DNA of 54,379 nt from an uncultured bacterium (GTDB lineage Bacteria > Chlamydiota > Chlamydiia > Chlamydiales > SM23-39). The stretch is taken from assembly GCA_964641775.1 (NCBI GenBank), contig CAZXLK010000002.1, positions 1-54,379 of the forward strand, given 5' to 3'. Of this stretch, positions 24,150 to 31,910 are shown one piece after another. A model generated the notes under the pieces. That model worked only from the letters and a program-made list of their open reading frames with translations, was not told where the DNA came from and did not search any database. A program made the translations under genes and the position numbers. Position 1 is the stretch's first letter. Each line of letters starts with the position of its first letter.

Positions 24150-25070
24150 ATGATCGGAGTCGGACTTTCTTCAATACAAAGCATAACGCCTTATTGTGAA
24201 GCAATGGCCAGAGGAATTCGCGATGTTGCAGTACGCGTAGCTAAAGCAGTGGCTAGAGTTTTCACAGCAGTTGCACATTTGATTATTGCAGGTGGTACTT
24301 TGATAAAAGATTGGGTGATTCTACCTATTTGCGATAGAGTAAAATACTCTTTGGAGTGCATAGAAAGGTTCTTCGACGATTTGGAGGATGAACCAGCCGA
24401 CTATAATTTACGCAGGGTCCACCAACAAGGTGTAGACGTACATAGTGGCAATCGCGATAGACAAACAAGAGCGGCCATCGATTTGTTGAGAGCTCATCAA
24501 GGATTTATACCAACAGATAGAATCAATGAGGCAAAAGATCAATTCGTCAAATATCTATACAATGTTCGCATGAATCAGAATCAAAAGCAACTAGCAATCA
24601 GGGCTCTTTTAATACCTCAAGAAAGGGGTGAATCTTGGGGGCCATTGCTCGACGGTAATACCTGTTATGGAATATCAGGAAATGAGCTGATCGGCCGTCT
24701 TTACATATTTGCATCGTCATTATCCGGAAAGGAAATCACAAATGCAAAAATGAGCATGATTGGCGCTTTGAGTCGCTCTTATGATTCCTTTGGTGATAGA
24801 ATTTGTAATGATGGAAAAACAGAACGACAAGTCGTTTCGGTACTCCAAGGCCGCCTGAAAGGAGTTAATATTGACGACGCTCGAATTCAAGTCACTAAAC
24901 AACAAGCTATGCGAATGTTTTTTTATAGACCGGAAAATAGCAATCCCAATATTTCCTTACATGACCTGCGTCAAGCGGCAAATCATTTTTGCGATGAAAA
25001 TGCCGGTGTGAATAGAGCAGAGTTTATCGAAGAGATCCGGACATATGCGAGAAATTCAGGAATCGTTTAA
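24150..25070 (+). CDS. Hypothetical protein (orphan) with one hydrophobic segment near the N-terminus
   Basis: 306 aa. The ATG is preceded by GGAGG at a 7-nt spacing. The hydrophobic stretch is VFTAVAHLIIAGGTLIKDWVILPI. I recognise no family motif. Confidence 0.55.
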   Translation: MIGVGLSSIQSITPYCEAMARGIRDVAVRVAKAVARVFTAVAHLIIAGGTLIKDWVILPICDRVKYSLECIERFFDDLEDEPADYNLRRVHQQGVDVHSGNRDRQTRAAIDLLRAHQGFIPTDRINEAKDQFVKYLYNVRMNQNQKQLAIRALLIPQERGESWGPLLDGNTCYGISGNELIGRLYIFASSLSGKEITNAKMSMIGALSRSYDSFGDRICNDGKTERQVVSVLQGRLKGVNIDDARIQVTKQQAMRMFFYRPENSNPNISLHDLRQAANHFCDENAGVNRAEFIEEIRTYARNSGIV

Positions 25071-25242
25071 GTTGTACGATTTTTCCGTTCAATCGAACAT
25101 GAAATTTCCTCCGAGCAGAGACGGGGCTTCTGCCCCGCCCAGGGCTACTGATCGGACCTGTTTTGACTGGAGCTTTTGCTCTCTGTAAAACAAACAATTT
25201 ACTGTCTATTGGAAAATTCCAGATAGCCTATAATAGCAGCCT

Positions 25243-25833
25243 ATGCTTACTATTTACTCTGTCAAACCTTATTTTCAAAGAATGCTCAAACCTTTACTGG
25301 ATTTCTTAATCCGGATGAGGATAACGCCTAATCAAGTCACTCTTTTTGCAATTCTTTTATCAATTGGCTTTGGAGCTTATTTTGCCTGGGCCGGCAAAGC
25401 GAGTTGGTGGTTAATGCCTATTGTGCTTTTAGTTCGCATGGCGCTCAATGCTCTCGATGGGATGTTGGCTAGGCAGTTACAGATGCAAAGCCATCTCGGA
25501 ACCTATCTTAATGAGCTCGGGGATATGGTATCCGATCTATTTCTATGCTTCCCCTTTGCCATTGTGTTTCCTTGGTCGATAGGATTTGTGTGCTTCTTGA
25601 GTCTGTTTAGCGAAATAGCAGGAGTTTTAGCTACGGCGATCGGCAAGAAACGGCGCTATGATGGCCCTATGGGAAAAAGCGACCGGGCATTTTGCTTAGG
25701 GCTTATGGGATTTTTAATGGCGTTTGGGTGGATCAGCGATATGGGGGCCATTTTGTTTTTTGGAGGCATGTCGTTTCTACTATTTCTTACTATCTTTTTT
25801 AGAATAAAAAATGCTCTAGCAGGTAATCAATGA
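25243..25833 (+). CDS. CDP-alcohol phosphatidyltransferase family protein
   Basis: 196 aa, multi-TMS. The motif is DGMLAR-x8-G-x3-N-x3-D (ALDGMLARQLQMQSHLGTYLNELGD). The first Asp of the usual G-x3-D-x3-D is Asn here. Confidence 0.75.
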   Translation: MLTIYSVKPYFQRMLKPLLDFLIRMRITPNQVTLFAILLSIGFGAYFAWAGKASWWLMPIVLLVRMALNALDGMLARQLQMQSHLGTYLNELGDMVSDLFLCFPFAIVFPWSIGFVCFLSLFSEIAGVLATAIGKKRRYDGPMGKSDRAFCLGLMGFLMAFGWISDMGAILFFGGMSFLLFLTIFFRIKNALAGNQ

Positions 25834-26768
25834 TGGTGAATCCCGCAGGAGTTTGCATTTTAACTTATCTTTCCTTGCCTTTACTCGGTCGATTTATTTT
25901 AAGCAGGTTACGCTCAAAAATGAATCCTGATCTCTTTGTAGAAACAAGACAACGGATCCGTACATGGGGTGTTATTTTGCTTGTATTGAGCATAGCTGTC
26001 TTGCTGGGCAGATCGGGAATGTTGTGGTTTTTTGGCATTGTTAGCTTTTTGGCCTTTAAAGAGTATATTTCCATTATCCCAACTCGTCCTACAGATCGAA
26101 GGACTTTATTCTGGGCTTATTTGTCTATTCCGATTCAATATATTTTGATCGCTCAGGGTCATTTTGTCCTTTCTCTGATTTTCATTCCGATTTATGTCTT
26201 TCTATTCCTTCCTATTCGGTTGATCCTTTCCGGAGATACAATTCATTTTCTTCGCTCCCTTTCCCATTTTCATTGGGGCTTGATGGTATTTGTATTTTGC
26301 GTGGCGCATGGAGCGATGTTTTTCTTGCCTGAAGCGAGAGGTTTTCCTATAGACCAAAGGATTTTCACTATTTTGTATTTAATTACTTTGACTCAGGCGA
26401 ATGATATTGCTCAGTTTATTTCGGGTAAAATCTTTGGAAAGAGAAAGATCTTGCCTAAGATTTCTCCAGGGAAAACCTGGGAGGGTTTTATTGGAGGGGT
26501 TATTTTTTCAACAACTTTTGGGGCCGTATTAGGTCCTTTAATGACTCCGCTTTCTCCCACACTTGCCGCAATGTCGGGCCTGTTAATAAGCGTTGCAGGA
26601 TTTTTAGGAGACGTGACTTTTTCCGCTATGAAGCGGGATTTGAAAATTAAAGATACAAGCATGATGTTGCCGGGACATGGAGGGATTATCGATCGGATCG
26701 ATAGCTTGACATTCACGACACCTCTCTTCTTCCATTTTTTCAACTATTTCTGGATCATGCAGCTATGA
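25830..26768 (+). CDS. cdsA: Phosphatidate cytidylyltransferase (CDP-diglyceride synthase) family
   Basis: 312 aa. Motifs are SGKIFGKRKI..ISPGKTWEGFIGG and KRDLKIKDTSMMLPGHGGIIDRIDS. The start overlaps the upstream stop. Confidence 0.8.
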   Translation: MMVNPAGVCILTYLSLPLLGRFILSRLRSKMNPDLFVETRQRIRTWGVILLVLSIAVLLGRSGMLWFFGIVSFLAFKEYISIIPTRPTDRRTLFWAYLSIPIQYILIAQGHFVLSLIFIPIYVFLFLPIRLILSGDTIHFLRSLSHFHWGLMVFVFCVAHGAMFFLPEARGFPIDQRIFTILYLITLTQANDIAQFISGKIFGKRKILPKISPGKTWEGFIGGVIFSTTFGAVLGPLMTPLSPTLAAMSGLLISVAGFLGDVTFSAMKRDLKIKDTSMMLPGHGGIIDRIDSLTFTTPLFFHFFNYFWIMQL

Positions 26769-27451
26769 TTTTACGAACTTTATTTTTTCTTTTGGTAATC
26801 CGACCTTTAACCACCTTTTTACTGGGTATGAATATTCGGAATTTCAGCCATTTGCCAAAAAGAGGACCGACCATTGTGATTGCCAATCATAATAGCCATT
26901 TGGATGCTGTTGTGCTCATGTCTCTTTTTCCTCTAAGAATGCTGGCAAAGATTCATCCTGTTGCAGCCGAAGATTATTTTCTATCGAATCGCTTTTTGGC
27001 TTGGTTTTCTACTAAAATAATAGGAATTATCCCATTCAAACGGAAGGTTTTGAAGGAAAACCCTTTTGAACAAGTAGAAGAGGCTTTAAATCGAGGAAAA
27101 ATAATTATTTTCTTCCCCGAAGGAAGTAGAGGAGAAGCCGAGAAACTTTCTTCTATGAAAAGCGGAATTTTTCGCCTGGCTAAGAAATTTCCCCATATCC
27201 CTATTACCCCAGTCTTTCTTCATGGTCTTGGAAAAGCTTTGCCAAAAGGAGATCCAATCCTAGTCCCTTTTGTCGTCGATGTGGCGATAGGAACCCCGCT
27301 ACCTAGCTGTGAAGATCGCACCGTGTTTATGCAGTCCATTCACGATATATTTGAAGGCCTATCCAGAGAAATTCCTCATCTTCAAGAAATATCCAGTGTA
27401 AAAGATCAACCAGAATCCAGAGAGAATGGCAATTTGAGTCATAAGGCTTAA
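26765..27451 (+). CDS. plsC: 1-acyl-sn-glycerol-3-phosphate acyltransferase family
   Basis: 228 aa. The HX4D motif is ANHNSHLDA and the second motif is FFPEGSRG. ATGA overlap with cdsA. Confidence 0.8.
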   Translation: MILRTLFFLLVIRPLTTFLLGMNIRNFSHLPKRGPTIVIANHNSHLDAVVLMSLFPLRMLAKIHPVAAEDYFLSNRFLAWFSTKIIGIIPFKRKVLKENPFEQVEEALNRGKIIIFFPEGSRGEAEKLSSMKSGIFRLAKKFPHIPITPVFLHGLGKALPKGDPILVPFVVDVAIGTPLPSCEDRTVFMQSIHDIFEGLSREIPHLQEISSVKDQPESRENGNLSHKA

Positions 27452-27916
27452 GTTCGGCAAGAGCCGATGAAAAGCGAGTTCTGTTATTAGAATAGAGAGG
27501 ACAAATCGGGTCAAGCGAGCGGGTATAGAGATGAGTAAAAACTGAAAGAAGGGAATACTGCTTGATGGAGAGCAAATTGCGTAGATTTTATAAGGAACTC
27601 CTTTCAAGGGGCCTAGCAAAATAGCCCATACTCCTTTCTTTCTAAGATTGGTTTTTTCCCTTTGGACTATTCGATTTGAAACGCCCGGCAGAGACTCCAC
27701 GATACCTGCTACTTGCTCAAAATTTTTTCTTCCCCATTGATACATCAACCCACCTCCAATCAGAGCTCCGATCAAAGCGAAAAGACAACTCCAGGATGCT
27801 AATCTTAAGTCGAAAAGAACAAGATAAGTAAAAAAGATATCGGGAACAATAAAAAATAGCGTTGCCTCAGCAAAACCCCACAAGAAAGCAATAACCAGTA
27901 GCATAGGCCTATCCAT
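27359..27916 (-). CDS. Small integral membrane protein (possibly YqaA/DedA-like)
   Basis: 185 aa with several TMS (FAEATLFFIVPDIFFTYLVL...). Its 3' end overlaps the plsC 3' end by 93 nt, so one of the two ends may be over-called. Confidence 0.45.
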   Translation of the reverse strand: MDRPMLLVIAFLWGFAEATLFFIVPDIFFTYLVLFDLRLASWSCLFALIGALIGGGLMYQWGRKNFEQVAGIVESLPGVSNRIVQREKTNLRKKGVWAILLGPLKGVPYKIYAICSPSSSIPFFQFLLISIPARLTRFVLSILITELAFHRLLPNLSLMTQIAILSGFWLIFYTGYFLKMRNFSG

Positions 27917-27938
27917 GTCCTGAGTAATCTTAGAGATA

Positions 27939-28334
27939 TTAAAGCCGTTGACACCGTAATATATAGGCTTTTTTTATAATGAAACCAAACTTTTCTGAAA
28001 GCGGTTCAATTGAAAAATCTTTTGGAGATTCTTTAACTCCGCCATTAGTAAGAGTACAGGCTTCTTGTAAAAACGAAACAACTGGATCAGTATTATCAAG
28101 AATTACTATCCGTGAAAGCTGAAGAAGCTCCTCTGTACTTAAAGCAACTTGAATTTTAGAAATCACCTTTGAGTAAGCATTTTTATCCGCAGAACTAAGC
28201 CAGGAAGCTGAGGCTACGACATCCCATTTTTCCAATGAATCTTCTCTAAGAAAAAGCGCGAAGAGCACAATGGCTCCATTTTTTTCCTCAAGAAACTGGA
28301 CAACAGATTTGAGCTTTTCCAAAATCTCTTTCAT
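27939..28334 (-). CDS. Hypothetical protein, partner of the HEPN gene (possibly a degenerate minimal-nucleotidyltransferase-like fold)
   Basis: 131 aa. The ATG overlaps the HEPN gene stop (ATGA). GAIVLFALFLREDSLEKWDVVASASW is laid out like the MNT motif hhLFGSxARGxxxxxSDxDLhV, but GS and DxD are not conserved. Confidence 0.5.
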   Translation of the reverse strand: MKEILEKLKSVVQFLEEKNGAIVLFALFLREDSLEKWDVVASASWLSSADKNAYSKVISKIQVALSTEELLQLSRIVILDNTDPVVSFLQEACTLTNGGVKESPKDFSIEPLSEKFGFIIKKAYILRCQRL

Positions 28335-28726
28335 AATTTTTTCAGTAAAACCTCTACAGAATCTAGCAACAACTTCACACTTTTATTCGTTTGTTTCTGT
28401 GAAGAATAGCGCATTTCAGGGTCCCAAGACCTAACAATAGACCATTCAGCAAACACTTCACCTTCTTTAATTTCGTGTTCAATCCCTGAAAGATGTAGCA
28501 GCATGTCCAAGTCATGCGTTTTGAAAGATTTTAACCCTTCAAATTCATTTTTTGTATTTGGATAACCTTTCCATCGTAAGGTTTCGCATATCCTTTTTTT
28601 TAAAGCTAACTCTATCGCATAACCTATAGTATATCTAGCCCAATCCAAACGCCCAGAATCAAATAAAAGCTTAGCATCTTCTATTCGTTGTTTAGAAAGA
28701 GCTTGCAATTCTTCTACCGTAATCAA
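28331..28726 (-). CDS. HEPN-domain protein
   Basis: 131 aa, TTG start (uncertain). DAKLLFDSGRLDWARYTIGYAIELALKKRI...FKTHDLDMLLHLSG...WDPEMRY fits the HEPN (PF05168-like) helical pattern. The Rx4-6H position reads K-S-F-K-T-H. Confidence 0.65.
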   Translation of the reverse strand: MITVEELQALSKQRIEDAKLLFDSGRLDWARYTIGYAIELALKKRICETLRWKGYPNTKNEFEGLKSFKTHDLDMLLHLSGIEHEIKEGEVFAEWSIVRSWDPEMRYSSQKQTNKSVKLLLDSVEVLLKKL

Positions 28727-28842
28727 CCGACCCTAATTTCTTAAAAAATTTCAGTTTTTCGAAACAGTAAAAGAAGTCTACAGAGGATGATAAAAAAAGT
28801 GTATCTCTTTCCCAGGTTGTCGTGGTTAGGTACTCAGAAATG

Positions 28843-28858
28843 TGCCACCAGCGTGCCA
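28843..28858 (-). promoter_or_regulatory. Sigma-54 (-24/-12)-like promoter motif upstream of the HEPN operon
   Basis: The minus strand reads TGGCACGCTGGTGGCA against the consensus TGGCACG-N4-TTGCA. GG and GC are at the correct 10-nt offset, with one mismatch in the -12 element. It lies about 115 nt upstream of the HEPN start. Confidence 0.3.
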
Positions 28859-28925
28859 TTTCAACTATATACAAGTTATTTTTAGTTCGATTTTTTTTTA
28901 AGACTTTTTTGATTTTCCCTATGAG

Positions 28926-29576
28926 ATTGCTTGGAGTGGGACCCCCTCGCGCAGCGCTTCGCGCTTGCTGCCGGGGCAGCGATCCTCTCCGGTTTTTCGA
29001 AACGAAAAACATCGGAGAGGATTCGAGTCCCACACGCGATGCACTTAAGGTGAACACTATGTTCATGCGGGGACAGGGCTTCGCCCTTTCCCCTGCACCC
29101 CTTTCCCACAGGCGTGCGCTTTGCCACGCCTGGGACGCCCCAGATCCGCCTACCCGCCAGGGTAAGCGAGGCAACTGCTTGCCTCGCGGGGCGAGATCTG
29201 GCTGAGGGCGTTGTTTTGCCTATGCAAAACCGCCCGATGCGCGGAGCTGCCGGGCCGGCGATCCTCTCCGGTTTTTCGAAACGAAAAACATCGGAGAGGA
29301 TTCGAGTCCCACACGCGATGCACTTAAGGTGAACACTATGTTCATGCGGGGACAGGGCTTCGCCCTTTCCCCTGCACCCCTTTCCCACAGGCGTGCGCTT
29401 TGCCACGCCTGGGACCCCCTCGCGCAGCGCTTCGCGCTTGCTGCCGGGGCGGCGATCCTCTCCGGTTTTGCTAAAAGCAAAACATCGGAGAGGATTCGAG
29501 TCCCACACGCGATGCACTTAAGGTGCATCGCTTCCGAGCGATTTTTTGCTCGGCAAAAAATTGCTCGGAGTGGGAC
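28926..29576. mobile_element. Putative decayed or non-autonomous element integrated at the 3' end of tRNA-Leu, bounded by 17-nt direct repeats
   Basis: ATTGCTTGGAGTGGGAC (28926-28942) versus ATTGCTCGGAGTGGGAC (29560-29576, the tRNA 3' end). The distal copy restores perfect acceptor pairing. No integrase or credible ORF lies between the repeats. Confidence 0.5.
28937..29526. repeat. GC-rich hairpin-dense repeat array with 279-bp period
   Basis: Block 28968-29136 is nearly identical to 29247-29415. Block 28937-29052 recurs at 29411-29526. Hairpins include GCTGCC-GG-GGCAGC, ATCCTCTCCG...CGGAGAGGAT enclosing TTTTTCG-AAA-CGAAAAA, TGAACA-CTA-TGTTCA, GGGGACAGGG-CTTCG-CCCTTTCCCC and GGCGTG-N8-CACGCC. 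Confidence 0.9.
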
Positions 29577-29644
29577 TCGAACCCACACGGGGTTGCCCCC
29601 AAGGGATTTTAAGTCCCTAGTGTCTACCATTCCACCATCCAAGC
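29562..29644 (-). tRNA. tRNA-Leu (anticodon UAA)
   Basis: 83 nt, folded by hand. Acceptor is GCTTGGA/TCCGAGC with one U-G pair, and the D stem is 3 bp. The anticodon stem AGGGA/TCCCT carries loop CTTAAAA. The long variable arm is GGGG-GCAA-CCCC and the T arm is GTGGG-TTCGAGT-CCCAC. The discriminator is A and CCA is not encoded. Confidence 0.9.
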
Positions 29645-29683
29645 AAGAAAAGGGGTTCATTTTATCGAACCCCTGATTTGGAA

Positions 29684-30373
29684 TCAACTTTCCTCGGGAG
29701 GAGTTTCTTCATCATCAGATTCCGGAAGAGGGGGCTCGAAGAGGACGTCTTCGTACTTTTCCTCTTTGGGAGTGAACATTTCCGATTCCTCGGTTTCAGC
29801 AGTTCGATAACGGCTGAGAGAATCTTTGATAAGGGTGGGAGGTGGAGGGAAAAGCTTGGAAATATAAGATGGCGCTTTTGGTTCTTCTCCATGAGATTCG
29901 GTTGGAGGGGGTTCTTCCGAAAAGGACCTTTCTTCCATTGGCGGAGGGGTTTCGCGCATGGGGGATTCGGGCCTTGGGCCACGGCGGCCACGGCGTCTTT
30001 TGCCCTGTTTACGATCCATGGGAGGATGCTCTCGCTCTTCAGAATCAAAAGCTTTATCTTCCCGAGTGCGAACACCGCCTTCTCTGCCACCCCCGATCTT
30101 AATAGACCTTTCCGGAGCGGCATTTTTTAGCTGCATGCGCACTTCTTTGATCTCTATAACTTCATAGTCGCTGACCGGAACTAGGAAAGATTTTGGTCTT
30201 TCTTGCGAACGGAAAAAAAGGGATCTTCCAAAAGAAACGACTTCGATGGATTCAACGTAGTATTCCTCTTGCCCTGCTGCTTTGCTGTTTCTCACCAGGA
30301 GTTTGCATCCTTCCCGGGGCATAATCACAGTTTCGATGATAGGTTCTCGTGTAAAATTCACTGAAATTTCCAA
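29684..30373 (-). CDS. Hypothetical protein with a globular N-terminal domain and a Pro/Glu/Arg-rich disordered tail
   Basis: 229 aa, TTG start (uncertain; GTG and ATG alternatives lie downstream). The N-terminal 85 aa are non-repetitive. Competing ORFs in other frames look like compositional artefacts. It sits next to gapA, where chlamydiae carry a conserved hypothetical gene. Confidence 0.45.
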   Translation of the reverse strand: MEISVNFTREPIIETVIMPREGCKLLVRNSKAAGQEEYYVESIEVVSFGRSLFFRSQERPKSFLVPVSDYEVIEIKEVRMQLKNAAPERSIKIGGGREGGVRTREDKAFDSEEREHPPMDRKQGKRRRGRRGPRPESPMRETPPPMEERSFSEEPPPTESHGEEPKAPSYISKLFPPPPTLIKDSLSRYRTAETEESEMFTPKEEKYEDVLFEPPLPESDDEETPPEES

Positions 30374-30406
30374 TTTTTAAATTGTTGTTGATTTGGAGCG
30401 GTATCA

Positions 30407-31411
30407 TCATTCTTTCAACGCCATATACTCCAACAGGTCGACAATCCGGTGGGCATACCCCATCTCGTTGTCATACCATGCAATTAACTTATAAAAACGG
30501 CTGTTCAACTCAATTCCTGCCAATTTGTCAAAAATGCAAGAATAATGAACGCCGATAAAATCAGACGAAACCAATTGCTGGTCCGTCGTGATCAGGATGC
30601 CTTTTAGATTTGTTTTTGCTGCGGCATCCATTGCGTTTGAAATTTCTGCATAGGTTGTACTCTTCGATAAACGGACTGTCAGATCAACAACCGATACATC
30701 AATTGTAGGAACGCGGAAAGCCATACCCGTTAACTTGCCTTTCAATTCAGGCAAACAGGCAATCACTGCCTCGGCAGCGCCTGTATGAGCGGGGATGATA
30801 TTGTAGCCGGCTGCCCTTCCGCCTCGCCAATCTTTATGAGATGGGCCATCGACAGTTGGCTGGCTAGCTGTAAGAGAATGGACTGTTGTCATAAGCCCTT
30901 CTTCAATTCCAAAAGAATCAAGAAGCACTTTGCATAGCGGCGCCAAGCAATTGGTCGTGCATGATGCATTTGATATGACAAAATCCTTTTTAGAATCATA
31001 TTTTTGATGGTTCACTCCCATCACATAGGTAGGAACGTCTCCTTTGCAAGGAGCAGAAACAATGACCCGTTTAGCACCGGCTTCCAAGTGTTTTTTTGCA
31101 TCTTCTGCCTTAGTGTAACGTCCCGTCGATTCCACAACATAATCAACGTTGTGCTGTTTCCAGGGAAGTTTTGTAGGATCTTTTTCTGCAGAGACTGCAA
31201 TTCTTTTCCCATCAATGATGAGAGCATTTGCCTCAGAGGCAACACTTTTAGCAAATGTACCGTGCGTCGTATCGTACTTGAAAAGATAGGCTAAATTATC
31301 CGGAGGAACCAGATCGTTGATAGCAACAATCTCTACATTTTTTTGCAGAGCGTTTCGAAGGACTAAACGGCCGATCCTTCCAAATCCATTGATCGCGATC
31401 CGTTTGGCCAT
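30407..31411 (-). CDS. gapA: Glyceraldehyde-3-phosphate dehydrogenase
   Basis: 334 aa. Motifs are [13 protein letters not shown] and the active-site [12 protein letters not shown]. Confidence 0.95.
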   Translation of the reverse strand: MAKRIAINGFGRIGRLVLRNALQKNVEIVAINDLVPPDNLAYLFKYDTTHGTFAKSVASEANALIIDGKRIAVSAEKDPTKLPWKQHNVDYVVESTGRYTKAEDAKKHLEAGAKRVIVSAPCKGDVPTYVMGVNHQKYDSKKDFVISNASCTTNCLAPLCKVLLDSFGIEEGLMTTVHSLTASQPTVDGPSHKDWRGGRAAGYNIIPAHTGAAEAVIACLPELKGKLTGMAFRVPTIDVSVVDLTVRLSKSTTYAEISNAMDAAAKTNLKGILITTDQQLVSSDFIGVHYSCIFDKLAGIELNSRFYKLIAWYDNEMGYAHRIVDLLEYMALKE

Positions 31412-31484
31412 TAATCAGCCCCTCCATAGACTAGTCTTAAGTTTGATAATTGTACCAAAAAAAGGAGTAACTGCAAAAAAGTTT

Positions 31485-31910
31485 TTATTTGAGGTACTCG
31501 ATGTAACAAGTTGGGGCGTTGTCCCCTACTCTGTCACTTAAGCGGATGATCCTTGTATAGCCACCCTTTCGCCCCTCAAATCGAGCGCGCAGTTCGCCAA
31601 AGAGCTTATCAATGACTAAGCGATCTTTCGTATAAGAGCCCTTATCGCCCGCCTTTGCTTTGCGCGCATCTTTAGTGGTTAAAGGATTGAATGAGACTCG
31701 CATCTGAGAGATTGCGTTCCTTTTTGCTGCGAGTGTGTTTTTCTTAGCCATGGTAATCAGGCGATCCGCATGTCTTCTCAGCTCTTTTGCTTTAACAACA
31801 GTCGTTTCAATGCGCTCGCTTTCAACTAAAGATTTTAACATATTCGCGATCATCGCGCGACGATGTGAGCCTGTACGCCCTACTTTAAACGTGTGTTTTC
31901 CGTGTCTCAT
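31485..31910 (-). CDS. rplQ: 50S ribosomal protein L17
   Basis: 141 aa, [20 protein letters not shown]; follows rpoA. Confidence 0.95.
   Translation of the reverse strand: MRHGKHTFKVGRTGSHRRAMIANMLKSLVESERIETTVVKAKELRRHADRLITMAKKNTLAAKRNAISQMRVSFNPLTTKDARKAKAGDKGSYTKDRLVIDKLFGELRARFEGRKGGYTRIIRLSDRVGDNAPTCYIEYLK

Noticed and set aside
27359-27451. 93-nt convergent overlap between plsC and the small membrane-protein gene.
   Set aside because: It is probably an artefact of an uncertain 3' end or a tolerated overlap. Nothing in the sequence, such as a frameshift signature, argues for anything special.
29011-29045. T-loop-like GGATTCGAGTCCCAC in each repeat unit as tRNA genes or pseudogenes on the plus strand.
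   Set aside because: The 5' T-stem strand (GAGGA) does not pair with CCCAC. No matching acceptor 5' strand, D arm or anticodon arm can be drawn. At most these are fragments of a tRNA-like end.
27939-29526. Idea that the repeat array is a type III-style RNA antitoxin (ToxI-like) for the HEPN RNase downstream on the same strand.
   Set aside because: The units are 279 bp rather than about 35 nt. The array is separated from the HEPN gene by the att-like repeat and by about 200 nt of AT-rich DNA with its own promoter-like motif. The HEPN gene already has a protein partner. I kept it only as a remote possibility.
28692-29687. Six overlapping ORFs in the GC-rich array: 28692..29174, 28822..29205, 28882..29517, 29114..29332, 29220..29687 and 29329..29676.
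   Set aside because: They overlap one another on both strands and simply reiterate the DNA repeats as Arg/Gly/Pro/Ala-rich peptides. One runs through the tRNA gene. High GC in an AT-rich genome generates long spurious ORFs.
29662-30167. Alternative ORFs (29662..30123 minus; 29678..30130, 29842..30102 and 29958..30167 plus) overlapping the 229-aa gene.
   Set aside because: They are all confined to the compositionally biased Pro/Glu/Arg-coding part. Only the 29684..30373 frame continues into a non-repetitive N-terminal domain.
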